Shown one piece after another: positions 16,336 to 24,772 of a DNA stretch of 32,000 nucleotides. The DNA lies in assembly GCA_963702025.1 (NCBI GenBank), contig OY969699.1, positions 126,873 through 158,872 on the forward strand, read 5' to 3'. The first letter of the stretch is position 1. Every line of letters starts with the position of its first letter. The stretch comes from an uncultured bacterium. GTDB taxonomy: Bacteria; Babelota; Babeliae; Babelales; Vermiphilaceae. Under the pieces are notes generated by a model, which worked only from the letters and a program-made list of their open reading frames with translations, ran no database searches and had not been told where the DNA came from. Both the position numbers and the translations under genes were made by a program.

Positions 16336-17184
16336 ATGAAATCGTTAAATCTACGTTATCTATTTTTGACACTTGCTCTTGCTTCATTCGGCTCAGCACA
16401 GGCAGATTATGATGATGGTCGCAATGCAGATTGTTGCAAAATAGATAATTGCTATGAATGTGGATGCAATCCACTCTATAGTTGCGCGTGGGATATTGCA
16501 GTGCAAGCGGGCGTTTGCCCAATCAGATGGACAGGTCGCGGCCACTGGAGTGTGCTTGAAAATGGTGCCGATGTTAATCTTTTCAGAACACCAAATTTTA
16601 GCCACTTGTATCGCCTTCCTTGGATAGTTGGCGGCCAAGTTGGCTACGCTTGGAGCGATAACGTTCGTCTTTATTTAGAATTTGATTATTTGCAAGCAAG
16701 CCGTAAAAACCGTAACAACGCTTTTAATGAATCTGCTTCATCAACAGTGCTTGATATTTGCGTTGGAAAATATAAAGCATTTGAATTTTATGTTGGTGGT
16801 CGATATTACTTTGATCGTTGGTGCGATCGTTATTCGTTCTTCTTAGGCGGTAAAATTGGGTTAATTAGTCATCGTAAAGTTCATTTTACGGGCACAATAA
16901 CTTACAACTCATATATTTTGGCACCGTCATTAGTAGATACTGAAACACCCCTCTTTAGAAGCAAAACGCAGGTGAGCGGCGGCGTTAATGGTGGCATTGA
17001 TATCTGCTTTGGTGGTAATTGGTCCTTTGTGATTACTGGTGAAGTAGTGGCCAATAGAGGGCCTCGTGGTCACTCAATTCCGTTAACGGGAAATCCTTTA
17101 GTTACTGCAACGAGCCTTTCAATCGGCAAAGCAGGCACGGAATTGCTTTTTCCAGTTACCGCCGGCATCAGATATAGCTTTTAA
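16336..17184 (+). CDS. cysteine-rich beta-barrel outer-membrane protein (copy 1 of duplicated gene)
   Basis: AGGAG RBS. Signal peptide MKSLNLRYLFLTLALASFGSAQA. Cys cluster DCCKIDNCYECGCNPLYSCAWD. Motif RWCDR. C-terminal LLFPVTAGIRYSF. It differs from 20114-20962 at only four N-terminal residues. Confidence 0.85.
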   Translation: MKSLNLRYLFLTLALASFGSAQADYDDGRNADCCKIDNCYECGCNPLYSCAWDIAVQAGVCPIRWTGRGHWSVLENGADVNLFRTPNFSHLYRLPWIVGGQVGYAWSDNVRLYLEFDYLQASRKNRNNAFNESASSTVLDICVGKYKAFEFYVGGRYYFDRWCDRYSFFLGGKIGLISHRKVHFTGTITYNSYILAPSLVDTETPLFRSKTQVSGGVNGGIDICFGGNWSFVITGEVVANRGPRGHSIPLTGNPLVTATSLSIGKAGTELLFPVTAGIRYSF

Positions 17185-17207
17185 AAATATGCTGGTTTAA
17201 AGGTAAA

Positions 17208-17257
17208 TTAATCCGTTGATTGATACTCTTGTAGCATCTTACGGCAACCGCAATTGA
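17208..17257 (+). pseudogene. relic of the 3' end of a GMC-oxidoreductase paralog
   Basis: TTAATCCGTTGATTGATACTCTTGTAGCATCTTACGG aligns with 30568-30604, the 3' end of the GMC gene (TTAATCCTTTGGTTGATGCTCTTATAGCTACTTACGG). In frame it reads NPLIDTLVASYGNRN* against NPLVDALIATYGS*. An AAGGCCTT-type terminator follows, as it does after the intact gene. Confidence 0.55.
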
Positions 17258-17285
17258 ACGTAATTTCATTTTTATTATCCCAAAA

Positions 17286-17317
17286 AAGGCCTTGTTAACA
17301 ACAAGGCCTTTTGATTT
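17286..17317 (+). terminator. terminator hairpin upstream of ribD
   Basis: AAGGCCTTGTT-AAC-AACAAGGCCTT followed by TTTTGATTT. Duplicated at 21064-21095. Confidence 0.65.
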
Positions 17318-17400
17318 ATAAAAGTGCAGAACTTTTCTTTACTTTTTTTCCAAATAATCCTAGTATCCCTTCATTCAGGAGTAAAGAAAAAGGGTGTGAT

Positions 17401-18147
17401 ATGGATCATGCATATTACATGAAAAAAGTTTTTGAGCTTGCCAAACAAGGAATCGGGTTAGTGAGCCCTAATCCACTTGTTGGTTCGCTGATCGTTAAAG
17501 ATAGCCAAATAATTGGTGCAGGATTTCATGAGCGATATGGTCAATTTCATGCAGAGTTGAATGCAATTGTATCTGCAAAGCAACCACTAAAAGGTGCAAC
17601 CCTTTATTGCAATCTTGAGCCCTGTTGCCATACTAATAAGCAAACGCCACCGTGCGCGCAACGTATAATTAAAGAAGGCATTTCACGAGTGGTGATTGCC
17701 AATAGAGATCCCAATCCAGAAGTAAATGGCGGAGGCATCGCCCTGCTCAAACAAATGGGCATAGAAGTGATCGAGAATATTTGCCAGGAGGAAGGGGAAT
17801 TGCTCAATGAAGTTTTTTTTACTTTTCACCGCAAAAAAAGACCATTTATTCATCTTAAATATGCACAGACTCTAGATGGTAATATTGCCTGCTCAAGTGG
17901 TGATTCAAAGTGGATCACTCATGAAAATGCGCGCAAAAAAGCACATGAGATGCGATTAAAATATGATGCAATTTTGATCGGTGCGGGAACTTTAGTTGCC
18001 GATAATCCTGCGCTTACTATCCGCTTTATTGAATCAGAAAAAAAATGCCCGAAAAAAGCTTCATTCCTTATCGCCGTTCGTTTCCCAGCCTTCGCTAATT
18101 CCGTTCGTGCTGACCTCTCGACTACGCTCAAGACTAAAGGCCCTTAG
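17401..18147 (+). pseudogene. ribD: truncated ribD copy (deaminase domain plus start of reductase domain) fused to repeat-derived codons
   Basis: Identical to the full-length ribD (21179-) through ...RFIESEKKCP at 18050. It then reads into MITE copy C2 (KKASFLIAVRFPAF...) and stops at 18147. Confidence 0.8.
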
Positions 18148-18281
18148 CTTCCTGTGCCCGGCGTCCTTCGACAAGCTCAGGATGAGCGGAAGGATGCGTT
18201 TACTCCCGAGTGAAAGTCGAGGGACTTGGCGAAGACGGGTCGAAGGATCGAAACGAGCAATAATAATTTTCGGATAAGTTT
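18053..18281. repeat. MITE-like palindromic repeat, copy C2
   Basis: Identical to 14262-14490. Confidence 0.7.
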
Positions 18282-18467
18282 TTCCTGCCAGAACGTGCAT
18301 AAATACACGAAAAAACTCATTTTTTTGTTTTTTTTGTTGCATCCATTATCCAAAATCTTGTATATACATAGTATCTGAAATTTTGTATATACATTTTATA
18401 TGATTAATTTTTAAAAAAAGAATGGTAATGGATCAACAAAATGAATAAAAACATAAACGATAGGAGC

Positions 18468-18483
18468 CACACACACACACACA
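18468..18483. repeat. (CA)8 dinucleotide microsatellite
   Basis: Direct read. It is the only internal length difference, apart from one A, between the otherwise identical 5' parts of the two duplication units. Confidence 0.95.
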
Positions 18484-18608
18484 AAGGCTTTTTCAATGTC
18501 CCATAATCTCTATAAACACTATAATACCACTTGTTTTGATATTATCTGCGACCAACAACTACTACTACTCATTAATTATTTTTCTAACCTCATAAAAAAG
18601 GATTGTAT

Positions 18609-20060
18609 ATGAATATACAATGTAGGTTTTTAATAAAACCTTTTTCTCTTTCGCTGTTATTGATTGCATCAAGTTATGCCGATGAAATTGATCCAGTCGC
18701 GTTAAACCAATTTAGAAAATGCCAGACGAATAACTGTTCAAGAGTTGCACTAGACAGTGAACTCACATTTAGTCTTTCTCGACCTTCTTTCATATCCTAT
18801 CCGTCTATTTCAGCAAATGGGGACCAAGTATTCATACAATATGCTAATAATGCTTTTTATACCCCTACATTACTACTTGCAGAATTATTTGATAATGTTG
18901 ACGGACAATTAGTTTCCGCTCAAACACTCAACATCGACCCAAATTATCCCAATCCATGGATTGGGTATGCATCGCCAGATTTTACACGTTTCTCCGTCAT
19001 TGATGGTAGTATCGGTACTGGATTGCTTCCGGCACGTATTCGTATTTTTGATTCAAACTTTAATCAAGTGGGCGAACGAATCTTCTCGGCTCTTCAATCA
19101 TATCTTAGTGGCGTTACTTCCGGTGGACTTGTTTGGGGTGGGGAATTTTCAGAAGATAATCATTATGTTGTAGTAACTTATAGTGTTGCCGTTTCCGGTC
19201 CAACAGTAACAAGTATGATAGTGGTGCTGGATGCTACTGATCCTTCACTTCCTATTGTAGCGCAAACCCAAATTACCGGATTTCAAAATGTTTATTCTCC
19301 GTTTCTGTTTACTCTGACTGATAACAATGGCAACCAGAATCTATACATTCAATTTTGTCTCTGCAATGGAGTGCCTCAGCGAATTGAATATTTCTTCGAT
19401 ACCGCATATATACCGCCATTTGCTAGCCAAGTTTATCAAGTTAATCTGAATGCTGGCACAATTACTTTAGTTGCCCAACAGCCATTACCTAAATTTGCCG
19501 AAGCAGATATCCTCGTACGTCCTGGCGGCAAAGATGTGATCATTGCCCATGGTGGATGGTGCTGCTTATTCCCGAATCAAATAAGTATTTATGATACTAT
19601 TCCCCCTCTCACCTCATTTTTACCTAATGATAACAGCGAAGCACGCGTATTTCTGTTTGATGGAAGTAACTTAAACTTAGTGGTTAAGGAATCAGTAAAT
19701 TGTTGTAATTGCACTTGCATTTATCCGCCAGGCAATGGCTGCTCATATTGTTTTGCACAAAATACAGTATTTGAACTAAATGGTAACCCAGCGGAGCGCT
19801 ACACTCAGCCGGAATTTTGGCTCTTTGCAGATCTTCGTCAAGGTCCAAATGGCCTTGAGTTCCGAGGAATGAATTTGCCTAAGTCGGATATGTATACCGC
19901 CGTTCGGAGATTCAGCCAGGATGGCAATTGGTTTCTTCGCGCGGGAGCACATGGATACATCAATCAGGACCCAACAATGCCATATGTTGATGCCAATGGT
20001 ATTCGCAATATCTTGCTCTACCAAGTATCCTCAGCAGCGTATACCCCAATTTGTAATTAG
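18609..20060 (+). CDS. secreted ~483-aa protein of unknown function, variant 2
   Basis: Same start context and identical signal peptide as 14824-16278. The mature part is roughly two-thirds identical by eye, with conserved islands (FSEDNHYVV, LFTLTDNNGN, QVYQVNL.AGTITLVAQQPLPKFA, FADLRQGPNGLEFRG, FSQDGNW, YTPICN). Confidence 0.7.
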   Translation: MNIQCRFLIKPFSLSLLLIASSYADEIDPVALNQFRKCQTNNCSRVALDSELTFSLSRPSFISYPSISANGDQVFIQYANNAFYTPTLLLAELFDNVDGQLVSAQTLNIDPNYPNPWIGYASPDFTRFSVIDGSIGTGLLPARIRIFDSNFNQVGERIFSALQSYLSGVTSGGLVWGGEFSEDNHYVVVTYSVAVSGPTVTSMIVVLDATDPSLPIVAQTQITGFQNVYSPFLFTLTDNNGNQNLYIQFCLCNGVPQRIEYFFDTAYIPPFASQVYQVNLNAGTITLVAQQPLPKFAEADILVRPGGKDVIIAHGGWCCLFPNQISIYDTIPPLTSFLPNDNSEARVFLFDGSNLNLVVKESVNCCNCTCIYPPGNGCSYCFAQNTVFELNGNPAERYTQPEFWLFADLRQGPNGLEFRGMNLPKSDMYTAVRRFSQDGNWFLRAGAHGYINQDPTMPYVDANGIRNILLYQVSSAAYTPICN

Positions 20061-20113
20061 TAATAATTGATACCTGGCGCCTGAAAAAGGCGCCAACCTA
20101 ATCAGGAGATCAT

Positions 20114-20962
20114 ATGAAATCGTTAAATCTACGTTATCTATTTTTGACACTTGCTCTTGCTTCATTCGGGTCAGCACAGGCAAATTATGATGATGATCGC
20201 AGTGCCGATTGTTGCAAAATGGATAATTGCTATGAATGTGGATGCAATCCACTCTATAGTTGCGCGTGGGATATTGCAGTGCAAGCGGGCGTTTGCCCAA
20301 TCAGATGGACAGGTCGCGGCCACTGGAGTGTGCTTGAAAATGGTGCCGATGTTAATCTTTTCAGAACACCAAATTTTAGCCACTTGTATCGCCTTCCTTG
20401 GATAGTTGGCGGCCAAGTTGGCTACGCTTGGAGCGATAACGTTCGTCTTTATTTAGAATTTGATTATTTGCAAGCAAGCCGTAAAAACCGTAACAACGCT
20501 TTTAATGAATCTGCTTCATCAACAGTGCTTGATATTTGCGTTGGAAAATATAAAGCATTTGAATTTTATGTTGGTGGTCGATATTACTTTGATCGTTGGT
20601 GCGATCGTTATTCGTTCTTCTTAGGCGGTAAAATTGGGTTAATTAGTCATCGTAAAGTTCATTTTACGGGCACAATAACTTACAACTCATATATTTTGGC
20701 ACCGTCATTAGTAGATACTGAAACACCCCTCTTTAGAAGCAAAACGCAGGTGAGCGGCGGCGTTAATGGTGGCATTGATATCTGCTTTGGTGGTAATTGG
20801 TCCTTTGTGATTACTGGTGAAGTAGTGGCCAATAGAGGGCCTCGTGGTCACTCAATTCCGTTAACGGGAAATCCTTTAGTTACTGCAACGAGCCTTTCAA
20901 TCGGCAAAGCAGGCACGGAATTGCTTTTTCCAGTTACCGCCGGCATCAGATATAGCTTTTAA
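20114..20962 (+). CDS. cysteine-rich beta-barrel outer-membrane protein (copy 2 of duplicated gene)
   Basis: As for 16336-17184. The nucleotide sequence is identical from ~20223 onward. Confidence 0.85.
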   Translation: MKSLNLRYLFLTLALASFGSAQANYDDDRSADCCKMDNCYECGCNPLYSCAWDIAVQAGVCPIRWTGRGHWSVLENGADVNLFRTPNFSHLYRLPWIVGGQVGYAWSDNVRLYLEFDYLQASRKNRNNAFNESASSTVLDICVGKYKAFEFYVGGRYYFDRWCDRYSFFLGGKIGLISHRKVHFTGTITYNSYILAPSLVDTETPLFRSKTQVSGGVNGGIDICFGGNWSFVITGEVVANRGPRGHSIPLTGNPLVTATSLSIGKAGTELLFPVTAGIRYSF

Positions 20963-20985
20963 AAATATGCTGGTTTAAAGGTAAA

Positions 20986-21035
20986 TTAATCCGTTGATTG
21001 ATACTCTTGTAGCATCTTACGGCAACCGCAATTGA
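20986..21035 (+). pseudogene. relic of GMC-oxidoreductase 3' end (duplicate copy)
   Basis: Identical to 17208-17257. Confidence 0.55.
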
Positions 21036-21178
21036 ACGTAATTTCATTTTTATTATCCCAAAAAAGGCCTTGTTAACAACAAGGCCTTTTGATTTATAAA
21101 AGTGCAGAACTTTTCTTTACTTTTTTTCCAAATAATCCTAGTATCCCTTCATTCAGGAGTAAAGAAAAAGGGTGTGAT

Positions 21179-22321
21179 ATGGATCATGCATATTACATGA
21201 AAAAAGTTTTTGAGCTTGCCAAACAAGGAATCGGGTTAGTGAGCCCTAATCCACTTGTTGGTTCGCTGATCGTTAAAGATAGCCAAATAATTGGTGCAGG
21301 ATTTCATGAGCGATATGGTCAATTTCATGCAGAGTTGAATGCAATTGTATCTGCAAAGCAACCACTAAAAGGTGCAACCCTTTATTGCAATCTTGAGCCC
21401 TGTTGCCATACTAATAAGCAAACGCCACCGTGCGCGCAACGTATAATTAAAGAAGGCATTTCACGAGTGGTGATTGCCAATAGAGATCCCAATCCAGAAG
21501 TAAATGGCGGAGGCATCGCCCTGCTCAAACAAATGGGCATAGAAGTGATCGAGAATATTTGCCAGGAGGAAGGGGAATTGCTCAATGAAGTTTTTTTTAC
21601 TTTTCACCGCAAAAAAAGACCATTTATTCATCTTAAATATGCACAGACTCTAGATGGTAATATTGCCTGCTCAAGTGGTGATTCAAAGTGGATCACTCAT
21701 GAAAATGCGCGCAAAAAAGCACATGAGATGCGATTAAAATATGATGCAATTTTGATCGGTGCGGGAACTTTAGTTGCCGATAATCCTGCGCTTACTATCC
21801 GCTTTATTGAATCAGAAAAAAAATGCCCGCGGCGCATAGTGCTGGGATCACTGGGATTTATTGAACCACATAATCTCGCAGTCACTGATGAATATCGGCA
21901 CAAAACAATTTTAGTGACCAGTGACTCTGATTATTGGTATCATGAAAAAAAAGCTGAAAAATTCCAAAAAGATGGCATTACCATTGTGCGCGTTGATGTT
22001 GATAATGGACTTCTTAATTTGTCTCAAGTTTGCCAAAAAATGGCAGAATTAAAAATCACATCAATACTGGTTGAAGGCGGCAGCAAGATTCTTACCTCTT
22101 TTATACTAGAAAAATTATTTGATCGTATTTCCATTTTTATTGCGCCCAAAATAATTGGCTCGGGTATAAATGCCATTGATGAGCTTGGCATTCAAAAAAT
22201 GGCTGATGCATTTACTTTTGAGAAAACAAGTTTTGAAATTATTGATGATGTAATTCATTTTTCAGGAAAGCCTGCTTACGACCGGCTCGGGATGAGAAAC
22301 AATGTTCACCGGATTAATTAG
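21179..22321 (+). CDS. ribD: bifunctional riboflavin biosynthesis protein RibD (pyrimidine deaminase / uracil reductase)
   Basis: I chose the ATG at 21179 (MDHAYYMKKVFELAKQG). The track start at 21089 is TTG and lies inside the terminator. Deaminase zinc motifs HAE and CNLEPCCH. Reductase part KYAQTLDG...LVEGG. Confidence 0.9.
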   Translation: MDHAYYMKKVFELAKQGIGLVSPNPLVGSLIVKDSQIIGAGFHERYGQFHAELNAIVSAKQPLKGATLYCNLEPCCHTNKQTPPCAQRIIKEGISRVVIANRDPNPEVNGGGIALLKQMGIEVIENICQEEGELLNEVFFTFHRKKRPFIHLKYAQTLDGNIACSSGDSKWITHENARKKAHEMRLKYDAILIGAGTLVADNPALTIRFIESEKKCPRRIVLGSLGFIEPHNLAVTDEYRHKTILVTSDSDYWYHEKKAEKFQKDGITIVRVDVDNGLLNLSQVCQKMAELKITSILVEGGSKILTSFILEKLFDRISIFIAPKIIGSGINAIDELGIQKMADAFTFEKTSFEIIDDVIHFSGKPAYDRLGMRNNVHRIN

Positions 22322-22943
22322 CGAGATTGGAACCATAACCACTATTTATGCCAATCAGGAAGGCAAAGTTTTCACCATTCATGCGAAAAAAACGGCTCGC
22401 GAGCTTGCTTTGGGTGATTCAGTCGCAATCAACGGCACGTGCTTAACTGCAATTGATATCAAAGAAGATCAGTTCACATTGCAAGCGGTGCATGTCACCC
22501 TGCAAAAAACTAATCTAGGAGCATTAAATATCGGATCACCGGTAAATTTGGAATTGGCACTGAAAGCATCCGATAGATTAGGCGGCCATTTTGTGCAAGG
22601 GCATGTGAATGGCATAGGCTCAATTAATCACATTACCGCTTCCGGTAATAATTATGAGATATTAATTACTATTCCGGAACATTTACAAAAATATATGGTA
22701 AATGAAGGCTCTATCACACTAGACGGCATTAGTCTAACTATTGCCAACGTAACTGAGCTGGGGATCATGGTATCAATTATTCCGCATACCTGGCAAGCAA
22801 CAACACTTAACACAAAAAAAATTGGCGACCCGTTAAACATCGAAGTTGATATTATTGCAAAATATGTGGAGCAATTTATCCGAAAGGGGGAAGTAAAAAA
22901 TTCTGTGATTAATCGTGATTGGTTGCAGATGCATGGATTTTGA
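22302..22943 (+). CDS. ribE: riboflavin synthase (alpha chain)
   Basis: MFTGLISEIGTI..., with the internal duplicate GHFVQGHVNG...SITLDGISLT, typical of RibE/RibC. Overlaps ribD by 20 nt. Confidence 0.9.
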   Translation: MFTGLISEIGTITTIYANQEGKVFTIHAKKTARELALGDSVAINGTCLTAIDIKEDQFTLQAVHVTLQKTNLGALNIGSPVNLELALKASDRLGGHFVQGHVNGIGSINHITASGNNYEILITIPEHLQKYMVNEGSITLDGISLTIANVTELGIMVSIIPHTWQATTLNTKKIGDPLNIEVDIIAKYVEQFIRKGEVKNSVINRDWLQMHGF

Positions 22944-23023
22944 ATGCTTCGGCTCAGCATGAACGGACCTTCTTTTAGTTCGTTTCAAGTAAGCGCGAAG
23001 TGAGAATCGAGAAAGGAAAAGAG

Positions 23024-24226
23024 ATGATGAAGCTAAATACCATTGAAGAAGCACTGGCCGATCTTGCGCGAGGCAAAATGGTCATCGTGGTTGATGATGA
23101 AAAAAGAGAAAATGAAGGGGATATTGTTATTGGCGCGCAGTCGGTGACTCCGGAAATAATTAATACCATGATAAAAATGAGCAGCGGATTAATTTGTGTG
23201 CCACTTGCGCAAGAAATTGCTCAAAAAATTGGATTAGAGCTCATGGTGCACCATAATACTGCTCATTTTGGGGTAAATTTCTCTATTTCCATCGATGCGG
23301 CTCAAGGAATCACTACCGGAGCATCTGCAGCAGATAAAGTAGTTACTATTAAAGCAATGACACATCCGGATGTATCTGCCAAAGATTTTGTGCGGCCCGG
23401 CCATATTTTCCCCCTCATTGCAAAAAAAGGCGGCGTGCTCAAACGTGCAGGGCACACCGAGGCTGCAGTAGATTTAGCACGCTTGGCGGGACTCATGCCG
23501 ATTGCAGTAATTTCAGAAATTACCAATGAGGATGGGAGCATGGCGCGATTGCCACAACTTTTTCAAATCGCTCAAAAAATGGATCTAAAAGTTGTAAGTA
23601 TTGAAGATCTTATTAACTATCGCCATCGCAAAGAACAAATAATTTACGAAACCACCCAAGTTTCTTTACCAACCAATCAGGGAAATTTTACCCTTCATAT
23701 GTTTGAGAATACCATTGATGAACCGGTCTGCTTCGCATTAACAAAAGGAACGCTCACCACCGGTCCGGTGCTTACTCGAATTCATTCAGAATGTTTTACC
23801 GGCGATGTTTTTGGATCTCTTCGCTGCGATTGTGGCAATCAACTTGAAATGGCAATGGGATTATTAGAACAAGAAAAATCGGGAGTTCTCATTTATTTAA
23901 AACAAGAGGGCAGAGGGATTGGTTTATTAAATAAGATTAAAGCGTATAAAATTCAGGAACAAGGCTTTGATACGGTTGAAGCAAATCATCAATTAGGATT
24001 TACCAATGATTTGCGCAATTATGCGATGGCTTCACACGTTTTGCGTTATTTGCAAATTAAAAGTGTAAAACTGCTCACTAATAATCCGCATAAAATGAGC
24101 AATTTAGAATCATATGGTATTCACGTTACAGATCGAGTGCCTCTTGAAGGTGCAGTGCAAAAAAATAATTATGACTATTTAAAAGCAAAAAAACAGAAAA
24201 TGGGCCATATTTTAACTAATGTTTAG
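23024..24226 (+). CDS. ribBA: bifunctional 3,4-dihydroxy-2-butanone-4-phosphate synthase / GTP cyclohydrolase II
   Basis: ATG at 23024 after GAAAGGAAAAGAG (the track start at 23000 is GTG). DHBP synthase motifs [12 protein letters not shown] and RAGHTEA. GCH-II motifs [18 protein letters not shown] and EGRGIGL. Confidence 0.9.
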   Translation: MMKLNTIEEALADLARGKMVIVVDDEKRENEGDIVIGAQSVTPEIINTMIKMSSGLICVPLAQEIAQKIGLELMVHHNTAHFGVNFSISIDAAQGITTGASAADKVVTIKAMTHPDVSAKDFVRPGHIFPLIAKKGGVLKRAGHTEAAVDLARLAGLMPIAVISEITNEDGSMARLPQLFQIAQKMDLKVVSIEDLINYRHRKEQIIYETTQVSLPTNQGNFTLHMFENTIDEPVCFALTKGTLTTGPVLTRIHSECFTGDVFGSLRCDCGNQLEMAMGLLEQEKSGVLIYLKQEGRGIGLLNKIKAYKIQEQGFDTVEANHQLGFTNDLRNYAMASHVLRYLQIKSVKLLTNNPHKMSNLESYGIHVTDRVPLEGAVQKNNYDYLKAKKQKMGHILTNV

Positions 24227-24234
24227 GAAAAATT

Positions 24235-24762
24235 ATGTCACACGTAATTAGTGCACAATTAGTTGCGCATAAAAAAAAAGTAGCTATTGTTGTAAGCCGT
24301 TTTAATGATTTTGTAACAGTAAAACTTTTGGATGGGGCAAAAGACGGTTTATTGCGCCATGGCATAACAGAGCAAGAGATCACTATCGCTTGGGTGCCCG
24401 GTGCATTTGAACTCCCTTTGATTGCCCAGAAACTTGCTGAAACAAAACAGTTTGATTCAGTAATTTGTTTAGGCGCGGTAATTCGCGGAAGCACGCCACA
24501 TTTTGATTATGTTGCTGGGGAAGCGGCCAAAGGTATTGCCAATGTTGGTTTAAAATATGGAATACCGGTTATTTTTGGCGTAATTACTACCAATACCGTT
24601 GAACAAGCAATAGAGCGTGCCGGAATTCGCGTTGGCAATAAAGGATGGGAAGCCGCTATTGCTGCTATTGAAATGATGAATGTGGTTGAAGAAATTGAAC
24701 AAGTTTCTTTACTGTCGGAACCATTTGCAACTAATCAGCGAACTGTTCAAAAACAATTGTAA
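24235..24762 (+). CDS. ribH: 6,7-dimethyl-8-ribityllumazine synthase
   Basis: [35 protein letters not shown] and ITT.T..QA are lumazine synthase signatures. It has a short C-terminal extension. Confidence 0.9.
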   Translation: MSHVISAQLVAHKKKVAIVVSRFNDFVTVKLLDGAKDGLLRHGITEQEITIAWVPGAFELPLIAQKLAETKQFDSVICLGAVIRGSTPHFDYVAGEAAKGIANVGLKYGIPVIFGVITTNTVEQAIERAGIRVGNKGWEAAIAAIEMMNVVEEIEQVSLLSEPFATNQRTVQKQL

Positions 24763-24772
24763 GAACAAACTC

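Larger units (their letters stand above)
14260..18050. repeat. tandem segmental duplication, unit 1 (~3.79 kb)
   Basis: Collinear with 18051-21829. Positions 14260-14907 are identical to 18051-18692 except for an A-run (7 vs 6) and (CA)11 vs (CA)8. Positions 14908-~16290 are strongly diverged. There are scattered differences up to ~16443, and then identity through 18050/21828. Confidence 0.9.
18051..21829. repeat. tandem segmental duplication, unit 2 (~3.78 kb)
   Basis: See unit 1. The junction is at 18050/18051 (…ATGCCCG|AAAAAAGCTT…). Confidence 0.9.

Noticed and set aside
17185-17400. Looked for an FMN (RFN) riboswitch in the leader upstream of ribD (also 20963-21178).
   Set aside because: I found no RFN-type conserved core (no G-rich/CCGGCGGT-like or AGTCTGGATG-like segments). 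The region instead holds the GMC relic and a terminator hairpin. I cannot exclude a divergent element without a covariance-model search (Rfam RF00050).
7454-21000. Checked whether the regularly spaced similar segments (OMP genes, hairpins) could be a CRISPR array or another short-repeat array.
   Set aside because: The repeating units are ~0.9-kb protein-coding paralogs with diverged sequence. There are no short identical direct repeats with unique spacers.
22947-23000. Imperfect palindrome CTTCGGCTCAGCATGAACGG...CGTTTCAAGTAAGCGCGAAG between ribE and ribBA, vaguely resembling arms of the MITE family.
   Set aside because: The pairing is poor in the middle, and similarity to the repeat family rests on about 12-15 nt. 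It could equally be an ordinary intercistronic hairpin.
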